64,000 nucleotides of DNA from positions 14,705,724 through 14,769,723 of the forward strand of contig JARDVH010000097.1 of the NCBI GenBank assembly GCA_030324005.1, written 5' to 3'. Under the pieces are notes generated by a model, which was given only the letters and a program-made list of their open reading frames with translations, was not told the DNA's origin and made no database searches. Both the position numbers and the translations under genes were made by a program. This document shows, piece by piece, positions 39,901 to 51,900 of the stretch; positions within the stretch are counted from its first letter, which is position 1, and each line of letters starts with the position of its first letter. This DNA is from Negaprion brevirostris. Taxonomy: Eukaryota.

Positions 39901-42900
39901 TTGCAATTGTTTGAAATTTGGCATTCTTGCATTTGTCCTGCTGGGTGCAAGACAGAAAAACTTTGGCAATACGTTTATCTTTTCAGCAAATATGAAAACT
40001 AATTGCTGGAAATCAAGGCGTTCACCTCAAGTAAGAGTTATAAAGCTTCAGTTCTCAATTCACAGATCAACTCAAAGTCTACCTATTTAAAAATATTTTC
40101 CAGCTCAAAAGAATTTTAATAAAAGAGCATGCACTAAGTCAGCAACAAATGCTGTCCGACTTTGAGCCATGGAAAATCAATCAACAGTACACACCCTGTA
40201 CATAACACACATTATATCACACTTTAATATAGTAAAATATCCCATGATACTTCACAGGAGAATACTGGGACAAGTTATGACAATGAAGCAAACAAGGACA
40301 AATGGCCAAAAGCTTGGTTAAACACAGAATTTTAAAGTGGGACTTTAGAGTTTAGGGCCTAGGAGATGAAGCCAGAGTCACCAACAGTGGAGCTATAAAA
40401 ATCTGGGAACACACAAGTGCAAGATTTGGACGGCTGCAGAGATCTTCAAGGATTGTTGGGTTGGAGAAAGTTAGAAATGAGGAGGAGCCAGGTTTTACGC
40501 AAGGATCTGAGCACGAGAACTTTAAAATAGAAACCAATGTAGGTCAGCAAGCAAAGAGTAATGTTTGAATCAGACTTGGTGCTAGTTAGGATTTCAGCAG
40601 AGTTTTGAATGAGCTCAAGTTCACAGAGGACAGAAGATAGAAGGTCACTCATTGTCAAGCCTGGCATTATCAGCCGTAGGATTGTGACACTGCAAGCCTC
40701 TCTAAAATAAAGCCACATATGCACAATACAACATTGAGAAAAAGACTGCCTAGGACATTTCTGCAGCTTGTTTGTGGCAAACATCACTATATCACAGAAA
40801 AAAAAGTTATACTATTTGGGAAATTGGATGACATTCTTGTGCAAACCTTTAGTTGAAAGTTTGGGCTACGTATAGCGATTAAATGAAGTTCAATGAAAAG
40901 CATTTTGAAGATATAGTATGTCATGCCAGTCTGAAAAGATGATTCAGAACATCCCATATCAGTGAAACCCATCCTTAACCACACAATTGGAGACACGCTT
41001 CCTGCTTATTCTTCTACACTGCAAGCACCTCATCAACTGATCTAGTAGTACATACTGTGTCCAGGAATTTATAAAGAACAAATGTATATTCTACCCTTCG
41101 ATTATGCACAAATGCACTATGCCATCAAGCTACTGAATAAGTTTCAGGCTGAGAAAGCAAATAATTTCAGAATAACAAAGCTAGAAATAATAGGCAGGTT
41201 TCCATAAAAACAGATGCTTTGTGCACATGGATGGAAAACAGGTTCATGCTACTCAAACTCATAATACAAAAGGGACCTTGAGGCTGCTGACTCATTTTAA
41301 AAAGACCCTATACATCCAAAGAAAGAATATATTAATCAAATAAAAGCAACAGTATCGAAACTCAATATACCAAATCCCATCAGATTTTGTTTTTATTTCA
41401 ATAGAATACTCAAAAGGCCCAAATTATAAAAAAAATTATCCTGCAGTATTCCTTTAAGTGATCACAAACTTACTCACCACCAGCATTCAAACCCACAAGT
41501 TAACATAAAATGCTGACCCAAGGTGTTTTTAAGTACAAAGCTCAAGACTTATTTACATCTGAATGTAACTACCTCTGCTTCTACTCCTGCTTCTGCTCCT
41601 GTCCCTGTTTCTTTCCTTACTCCAACTGCGACTCCGACTCCTACTGTAGCTTCGGCTTCTTCCTCTTCTTCTGTTGTATCTGTCCCTGTATGAATCTCTC
41701 CTTGAAGGATATCGGTCGTACTCCCTTTTACGAGAACGATCATTTTTTCTGTCATCGCGGTTTCTAAAAGTTAACAGAAACTGTAACATTACTGAATGAT
41801 TATCTGACCGCTCCCCTGACCTTAGCTGAAACCCATGTACTCAGTAGACAACTATTTGAATCCAGCTGATTTTGCACTTTTCTAATCCAGCTACAGACTA
41901 ACATTCCTCCTGCTGAATAGGAACTCCATTTAGGTTTCAGAACAATGCTGTTTCAAGGTTAATATATTATGTGGCACGCATAATCAATACAACATAGTGT
42001 TCTCATAGTTAACCATCCTAAGGATATTTTTGGCATCCAAGATTTGATAAAACAGTAGCATAATAAAATTTCCCTCAGATTTACCAATTCAGTCCTAAGG
42101 TAAATGTGCAATGAGTGCTGAGTCACAGGCAGCAGAAACGATCCAGATTTGAGCCAATCTCAACCCAAGGTGACAGTAGCCACACGATAACTGGGATAAT
42201 GTCATCAGGTCTTTGGATGGTGGGGGTGGGGAAAAGAGAACACTTTTGGGAGTTAGGGGAGGAAGGCAACGCAAGATACAGATCCACCTATCCCAATCTA
42301 GCCATTCATTCCTTTGGGTAGCACCATAGATGTTATTGGTCTTGGATTTGGTGCCTATTTAGGAGAAAATAGCTCGACACTTGACATTTATACAGTTACA
42401 AAGGCAGGACATATGCCCAATTGTAGCTGAGACACTGCTGTGAATTTCCAGTATTTTCTGTTTTTACTCCTGGCTGTACCAATATCTCTTTTTACAGGTG
42501 ATGATTGGCTTCAGATAAATTAAGAATTTTAAATGATTTGGAACACTTAGTTTGCACAACATTTAAAGTTTGGATGCACTTCCCGTCTGCTATCAAATTA
42601 TCTGGAGTATTGCTAGCATGAACGTAATCATAGCCACAAATCAGTAGTTTACAGAAAAGAGGGGTTACTAAATTAGCAGGGTAAAAATATTACTGCCTCA
42701 TATTTAAGTTAAAAAACTGAACTTGGTCAAACGCTTTCTGAAGCCCTACCCACTATAAGCATAAAGTCCTGGTATGGGTTGGGGTTAATGAAAGACACAT
42801 GGATGTTGAAATCAGGCTTAAAAAGCCAATGCCTGTGACTTGGAAGCATGTGACTACCATCTGGAAATTCGTGATGGAAATAAGAGAGGTCTCATGACTG

Positions 42901-45900
42901 ATTTGTGGTCAGTTTCCAGTATATTTTATATAATTGACAGTAAATACAATACTGAACAACTGACCAGTACTACTGCAAACTTTAGGGCACTATTAAAGAA
43001 ACAATATAATTAATGTTGAACAGAGGAACATTACCACATCCCAGCCGTGATTAGTGAGATGTGTCATGGACCAGGCTGTGAAACATCAATAGTACCAAGA
43101 TGAAATATGGGGTTGTGTCACTGAGCAAAAAAAAGTTAAAAAATTTAATAAGGTCATGTCAGCAGGTCTAGTCTGCTGGATATTCCATATACACGGCCTA
43201 TACATATGTATAGGCCCAGACAATCTACTCCTTGGTAGCCCAAGAGCATTGAAACTGTTTCTGTGCATACTTTTACTTAGGCCCTATCTGGATTACTGTT
43301 TTCTTCATTAATACAATTTCAAGGAGGACGCTGCTACCCTTGAGAAAGCAAGTCTTGAACATTATTTCAACTGACTTTTGAATATTGTATAAAAAGAATT
43401 TAGAAAACTATACAATCATTCAGACTGGTCACTGAGCAAAACAAAGAGGAAGGCTTACATATGCACATTACAATTGCCAATCTGTTATACTAGTTATTGC
43501 ATATAGCAAGTAAATCACGTTCACAGAAACATTTGCTGTAAGTGGTGGGATTGTTACTTACGACTGGTCTCCATTAAAAATAAAACCGATAAATTCTCCT
43601 CTGCCTGCATTTTTTGGCATACTTCTACACTTCAGGTTGTAGAGATGCTATTGTTTCCTTAACAATTCAAAAATCAATCTTTGGCTATTTTTCCAACAAC
43701 ATTCAGAACTTCATCCATACCAAGAAGCTTATGCCAACTACGTCTACTGTTTAGTTTCTAATTGGAGTAGCACGCTTAGCAGTGACCTCTTGAAGCAATG
43801 AAAATTTGACATGTTAAATGGGAGCAGCCATATGGTGAAAAGTCAAAACTTGCAAAGAGAATAAGCCTTTCAGAAGCATGTGGAAGGTGATTGAGAAACA
43901 AAAAAAAAAAGTTGAAATGAAAGATCATGCAAAAACCACAGGGGTAACTCACTTGGTGCCTGATAGGTAGTGTCTTACGGGATGAATGAAGTCAAGTCAA
44001 AACGGTGACACAATTAATTTTCCAAGGATAAGACAATTTTAAAAATAGCTGATAGTTACACAAGTTTTTTTAAAAAATTACAAACTTCAAAACAGCACAA
44101 TTACCGGTTATCTCTGTGTCGTGATCCTGACTGCAATGGACTGTGATTCAACCTCCTTGTAAACTTTTTGTCTCGATCATCTTCATCTTTGCTTCCCTAT
44201 TTTTAAGAGTGGGAAATTAACAAATTTGAAGGTGAGCATCAGAAAAAGTTTTCAATTACGTAACAACATAAAAAAAATCAAGACATACAATCATGATTGT
44301 TAAACATACCTCATCTTTTCTATCCTCTCTTTCCTGCCGTTGTGCAGGCTCAGATTTTACATTCACGGATGGCAATTGCTCAGAGTGAGGTAGATAACTC
44401 TTTGCAGTTATAGCTTCAAAAAGCTTTTCTACAAACGTATGGGTGTCTGTAAAGAAATAGTATTATTGTAACATAGTTAAGATGCAATGGTCCACAAAAT
44501 CCAACAATATTACAGTACAATTTAAACTACAAGACAAATAAGCTACGTTATCAAGTGATTTTTTACTTTGAATTCAAACTGCTCTTCCATGAAAAAGACA
44601 AAATGCTTAATCGAGTTCTTAAGTGTTAATATTTGCAATAATGGTCTTCAAAGCCACTGACAATTTGTACAAGTGTAAAATTAAAAATATATCCTTCAAC
44701 TTCAATTCTTTTGTTTTGAACTATATATTAACAAACCATGTTTTTTTTTAACATCAATGGATAACAGCTCAAGTGCTTGAATCGTCTTGAGTTTGAAGGT
44801 TGTGCATTCCAGTTTCACTCCAGAAACGTCAGCACATCTCCAGGCTAGCACTCACACTGCAGGGAATGCAGTAGTTTTGGAGGTGTTGTCTCTTCAATGA
44901 TAGATGGATGCAAAAGATCCCATGACGCTATTTTAAACAAAGATTTCTCTGATACCTGATACCAAACTCTACAGCCCAGCTAGTATCACCACAAAGATTA
45001 TCTGGTCAACATCACATGGCTGTTTGTGGGGCCTTGAGACATTGCTGTGTGCAAAATAGCTGCCTCATCTCCTGCATTGCAACATTTGTTGCGAAGCACT
45101 TCTCAAAGGTGGTACATAAATGCAAATCTTTCCTCTTTCTTTCAACTTAACCAATCCAAATTCACGTAGTCCATTACAGTGAACGGGAAACTAAAAGCAA
45201 ACCTAAACCTGGCGAGAACCAGCTTAATTCACAGTCCGAATTCAGAGTCTACTTCCAGGCAAACGTTTATTTTGTTCACAATGAAAGGAATTCAGCAGCC
45301 TCATTTGAAATTCCTGTTTCGGCCGATTCATTTTTGAGGCCAGAGGAAATATAGGTGTTAAAATGATGAGTGTATCTAGGGTATAAGCAGATTATTGAGT
45401 GGTTGAGCAGCTTAGAATAAAGGGACATAATCATCGAGTCCTTACACGGCTGGAAGGGTACCAATGATCTCACCCAGGCCCTATCCCTGTAACCCCATAT
45501 ATTTACTCTGCTAATCCTTCTGACACTAGTAGGCAATTTATCACGATTAATCCATCTAACCCGCAGATCTTTGGGGGATTTCAATCTACATATTGATTGG
45601 TCGACTCATGTTGGATGCAGTGGGCTCGAGGAGGAGTTCTTGGAATGCTGCTGGGATACTTTCCTTGAGCAGTGTGTGTTGGAGCCGATGAGAGAGCAAG
45701 CTATCTTGGATCTGGTGTTGTGTAATGAGGCGGGTAGAATTAGGGACCTTGTGGTGAAGGATCCTCTTGGNNNNNNNNNNNNNNNNNNNNNNNNNNNNNN
45801 NNNNNNNNNNNNNNNNNNNNNNNNNNNNNNNNNNNNNNNNNNNNNNNNNNNNNNNNNNNNNNNNNNNNNNTCGAAGGGCTGGATGGCCTACTCCTGCTCC

Positions 45901-48900
45901 TATTTCTTATATTCTTAAACCAGAGCCTCTGGAGAAAACCCATGCAGACATGGGGAGAACATGCAAACTCTAAACAGTGACCCAAACCGGCAATCGAATT
46001 CAGGTCCCTGGTGCTGAGAGGCAGCAGTGCTAACCACTGTGCCATCCTAAATCAAAGCAGAGAATAAAGCCAAGAGTTAATTCTAGTTTTCAGACACAGA
46101 GCAGGACAAAAAACTTCAGTAGAGTTTGGCACAATCAGGAAATTGTGCCTGAAATTAAGCTGAAAGATCACAGTTCAAATACCTGCTAGAAAGAATCTGC
46201 ATAATCACAAATGCAATATCTTCCTTCAACAAACAAGCACAATTTTTTTCCCCTTTCCATTACAATATTTTACTTGATGTACTTCAGATGATCAACCTGA
46301 AAACGCACTTACTAAAGATACTTATCTACCTGTGAATGAATTGCCTAATTAAAAATTACTGAAAATGATTACAAAACCTACATGCAATTATTTACTACTT
46401 TGAATACATTAGTCAGCTTCCTTGCTGCAAATGCTACAATTTTTGACATCAGAATTGTGGAATTAGTAAACTGTTATGACAGAGGCCATTCAGCCTATTG
46501 TTTCTGTGCTAGCCCTCTAGCAGTAATTTACCTTGCAGTACTCTTGCGCTCCCTCCAATACATTCCTCCTTTCTGGATGCTTCAATTGAACCTGCCTCAA
46601 CCAGACTCTTTAAACCACATGTAAAAAAGGTTTCCTCATGTTTGAGTTGCTTACTTTGGTAATTGCCTTACATTTGTACTTTGTTATCCATCGTTCTACC
46701 AATAGAAATAGTTCCCCCCTACCTACATTGTCTTGACCCTTCATGATTTTGAGTATCTCCATCAAATCTCTGCTCAGTCTTTTCTTCAAGGAAAACAGTC
46801 CCAACTTATCCAATCTTCCTACATAACTGAAGTTCCTCATCCCTGGGGCCATTCTCATGAATCTTATCTGCACTTTAATGCCTTCATATCTTTAATTTTA
46901 AAAAAAAGTGGCACTCAGATCTGTACACTCTAGTTGAGGTTGAATCAGTCTTCTATACAAGTTAAAAATAGCTTCCTTGCTTCTATACTTTATACACCTA
47001 TTAATGAAGGCTCAAATGCTGCAAGCTAACCCTAATTCCAAACTGTCCTGCCACCTTCGACAAGTGATGCAAGTATATACCTCTGCTCTTGCACCCCATT
47101 TAGAACTTCATCTTATATTGTCTCTCTCATTCCATGTTTGCAGGGGGAGGGGGAGTGGGAGGCTGCAAGAGGGGTGAAAATATTTTTAAAAAATTCTCAA
47201 CAAAAAAGATACAAAACTAATTTGGAACCAGGAAGGAAAACTTGGAAGTCACTGAGGTAATGAATTCCTTGCAAATTAACGTGAAATCTCCAGCTTAAAA
47301 CTGCAGAAGTTCAGGAACTACTATATGGGATGCAGTGGATGCTCTTGCAATGAACACTGTTAATTGGACAATTTAAGTTCTATTTCATAAGATTTACATT
47401 TATTATCACATCCCAAAACTTTTCACATACTGAATTTCTTGCGTAGCAACTGTGTTGGAGACAAACATTCAACCATTTTGCATGTACCAGGACCCCAAAC
47501 AATAATGAATGACTTGTATTGCATAGTGCTTTTTATGCATTTATAACATCCCTAAATACTTTATGCAATGAACAAGAAGGAAATGGGTTAAATCTAGGGT
47601 GGTCTAGGACGAGGAAGCATAATCTAAAAATCAAAACCAGATTTTTCAGGAGTGAGGTTGACATTTCCACACAAAGGGTCAAGAAGCCTGGAGCTCCTCT
47701 GCAGACAGTAATTGATAACAAATCAATATTAAAATTCAATTGCTAATTTTAAATCTCAGATTAAGATCTGAGGTGCATTAAAAAGGGCAGCAACTGCCTG
47801 GTTAAAATCTTCAGCTGTGTGTTTACACAACGGAAATGCTTAGCCGTAACCTCACTAATTTTCAGAAAGTGCGCTTAGGGTAAAAGCTTGTTGCTTGTAG
47901 AAGTGTGTTTAAAAAAACTTCTGTTGCAAACTTATTCCTGTTGTCTTGTGTCAACTTCAATACCAGTGTGTCCAGGAAACTCATGCTCTCTTTGTCTGTT
48001 ATGGCTTTAGATTTAATGAAGGAGTGATTATCTTTGTGGAGACTGATGAATTTTTGTAATTCTGCTTGTATGGGAGTCCAACTATCACACATCAAGACAA
48101 TGTTACTGTGTAATTATATCACCTTAAGGAATTAGTAACAATGAAAACAGAAACCCTGAAAACCAAAAAGGTAGCCCTTCAGAAATCTCGAGGGCTTTTG
48201 AAAAAAAGTTTAACCACTGGTTCACGTTGTGTGTTAAATATCACTGTTGCTTGTTCANNNNNNNNNNNNNCCTGTGTGTGCATTTGAAGTTCCATACTAT
48301 CCTTCTCAGTTCAAAAGGTAAATGCAAAATATTTTAAAACTTACCAGTGGCTGTACGTCAAAGAGAAAAAGAGTGCAAGCTTGTGCCTGCATAAATATAT
48401 CCTTCCTCACCAGTGCTTCAGCAGAAACTTATAATGTCAATCAACTACTGAGCAATGTCATGGACGCAGCTTAATCAGTCATGCAGATTTCAAACCATAA
48501 AAAGGTCAGGGAAGCCTAAAACCAAGTGGTTCTGTGTGTAAATTGTATTTAATTTTTTTCCACCTTTGCATTGGTTTTGCCAATTACTTGGACTGAAAAA
48601 TTAGTGAAAAGTTTGATCTGCATATAAGCTACAGTATGCATCAGCGTTTCAAATTCAAGCAGAAACGATGTGGGCCAGATGGATGGTTGTAGAACGCATC
48701 AGCTAACATTTTGCTACAACCAAAGATATAGCCACTGCTGTAACATTAACCAACTCGAAATATAATTACAAATCGTTCCATTGACCACATAAGATCTAGT
48801 TTTCAATTAAGAAATTAGATTGTCAGAAACTTGCTTAGAGTTAGAGTGTCATTTTGAGTACAGTTTTCTTACAAGCTTTTACTCCGATTAAAATCTTTTA

Positions 48901-51900
48901 CCAGCATCTGTTGAGAGTTCTGAGTATCTGCGGGTTTTAGAGGGCTTTTGCCCGTTTTACCCATGCTCCTGTTTTCATTGTCATTACTGTTCTGCTGAGT
49001 TGCTGAACATCATATTGATCATAATTCTTTAAACAATGCATTTGGTCACCTTATTTCTGGTCTTCCGTTACCACATATTTTTGGCAACAAGGAGAAAATG
49101 GAAAGAGGAGAAAATAAACCTCTTTAGCATGTTTAGCATACAGCAAGTAGTTAGTTTACATTATGAATCTGCGTGCAGATGGCTATGTTTCAGGCAGTCG
49201 GAGAATTTGATGAGACAAGCGAGGACTGGGTTGAATACGTGCAGAGGGTGCAGCATCACATTTTAGCAAACGGAATAGAAGATGGGGCAAAGTAACGCTT
49301 GATTGTGCTCAGTGTTTAAATTGGAGGAATCTGGCCAAGCCACAGAAATAGAGGACATTCCATCTGCAGATTTAGTTGCACTTGTGCAAAAATCACCATA
49401 GTCCAAAGATTCAAGTTTCATAGTCACTTTCAGAAGACAGGTCAATCAATGGTAGCTTTGTGATAAAATTACTGCCGCTCTCCGAACATGCGAGTTCGGA
49501 GCAGTATTGGAAGATATGCTCAGACATATATTCGTCTGCGGCATTAATGAAGACAACATTCAGCGTTGTTATTGGGTGAACCTTTTAAGGTTCTAGAAAT
49601 TTCTCAGAGCACGGAGATAGCTACCAGTAATACTAGAGATACTCAGCAAGCAAACGGTAGTGCCCAAGCTTGGTGGTGGTGTGGGGAAGATGAAAGCAGT
49701 GGAGTGCCATGCTATGCCAATCATTCCAAGTTTATGGACGCTGTATCATCAATACAGCAAGAAAGGGCATTTAGTGAAGAAATAGAAGAGCAAGTGAAGG
49801 GCTGAGCAAGGAAATGTTTAATTCAAAGAAACCTCAGCGTTACACCACACTTGGAAAGCTCAGAGCAAGCTGTTAAATCTGCAAATTCAGAAGATGCTGA
49901 CCAAGTTGACCTATTTCTCCAGAGTTTAACTAATCTAGTTCCAACACACACAAAATGTATCGCTGTCCATAAATAGTAGGTTTAATGTCAATAAGGTACA
50001 AGCAGAGCCTATTTTTGCTTCACAGTTGTAGTTGATGGTAAGCAGATCAAGTTGGAGGTACACACAGGAGCCTCCACTTCTGTAGTTGGTGAGGAAACCC
50101 AAGCACCTGTCCTTATTCTGTTGGAGCTTGATCTTCAGATGTACACCCGAAAGTCCATACCTTTGCGTGGGGTAATGGAAGTCCGTATTGCATATAATAG
50201 TCAAGAAGGAGGGCATGGCTCCTTGTGGTCAAAGGGGCTAACTCAGCTAGGGAGTGATTGGCTCAGCAAAATTCCACTAAACTGGGGTGAGATGAAGCTC
50301 ACAGGAGTGACTGAGAATGTTAAGATGTATCCAGATATGTTCAAGGGTGAACTAGGTATATTGCATGGTACTGCTGTGAAGTTGTATGCCGATCATCACT
50401 TTTCACTTTTTCAAGGCCAGAACAATTCCCTACATTGTGAGAGGGAAAGTGGAGGAGTTAGAAAAACTGCAAAGTCTTGTAATTATCCAGTCTATTCTGT
50501 TTTCTCATTCTGCAGCTCCAATCACTCCTGCCCTTCAAATTTATGGTATGATGCGCATATGTGGTGACTATAAGCTCATCATGAAGCAGGTTTCCCAAGT
50601 TAGATGCTTATCCATTACTTAGGGTGAAAAATTTGTTCTCAACTTTTGCAGGGGGCAAAATTGGACATGAGCCAGGCAAATCAACGGCTTTAGCTCATGG
50701 AAGATTTGAAACAATACATGACCATCAACACACAAAGAGGCGCTCAAGTACAATCGTCTGGCGTAAACTCCAGTTGGGTGATCTTTCAAATGGATGACGG
50801 ACAACCTGTCGCAAGGCATTCCAGTCTCCTTGGATGACATCTTAATTACAAGGAATACCGAGGAGGAGCACATCAGCAATCTACATCAAATTTTTAAAAA
50901 GATTTTCAGAGACGGGACTGCATTTTCCAGGCATAAAATGTGGAGTACTACCCACAGAATCACTGCACAAGATTCATCTCCTGCGGAGCGGAAAATATGA
51001 GCGACATGCACACTATGCTGTTTCATCTGGTTTCAAATGGTCTACCAGAAAGAATTGTTCAAATTTTGAGAACAGAGCTCTCTAGATTTTTTATTCCAAT
51101 ATTATAACGTGCCACAAGCCACAACCAGGCTCAGATGGTCCAGAATGTTGGGTTGTGAGACTGTGAAACATAAGTTGTTTGCAGGCACCAATATCATAGT
51201 CATTTACGGTTAAGACCTAGGGTCAGAAAACATTTTGTAGTCAGTAGCCATCACGGGTAACATGGCAAAAGGTAATACTGCTGTGGACGTTCACCAGGAA
51301 ACTGNNNNNNNNNNNNNNNNNNNNNNNNNNNNNNNNNNNNNNNNNNCCTACAATTCCAATTCACCGATATAACATTCAACAATGGTATTGCATAAAGCAC
51401 AACCACAAAGCTCCTGAAAGAAATTCATATAACTGAGATATCACTTGTTATATTTCTGTCCTGATTGGGGTGGGGGGGGGAGTGGTGTGAGGGGGATTTG
51501 AAAGTTCAGGGAGAAGTAGTGCCACAGCATCATTTTGGAGTAGTGTTACGGGCCTTTTCTCCAAATTAATTCTTGTAGTGGCATCTCGAGGGTTCAGAGC
51601 ATGCAAGAGTTTTGGCAGGCTTTTCAGTCTATAAAAGAGTGTTCTGCAAGCAAGACGCACTTTACTCATACTCCTACTTTTATAGTTTTACTACTCTGCT
51701 GAGTTGCTGTTATTGTTAAACTTCATTATTTATTTATATATATATATAAGATCATCATTCTTTAAACAATGCATTCAACTACATTACTTGTGGTCTCAAG
51801 TTACCACATTTAGTTTGTCAAACATAGACCTGCTGCCAAGTCTCACACCTGGGGCTGTGAACACATCTGCTTGGTGGTAGCTAGCTCCTGCAAGGCAAAA

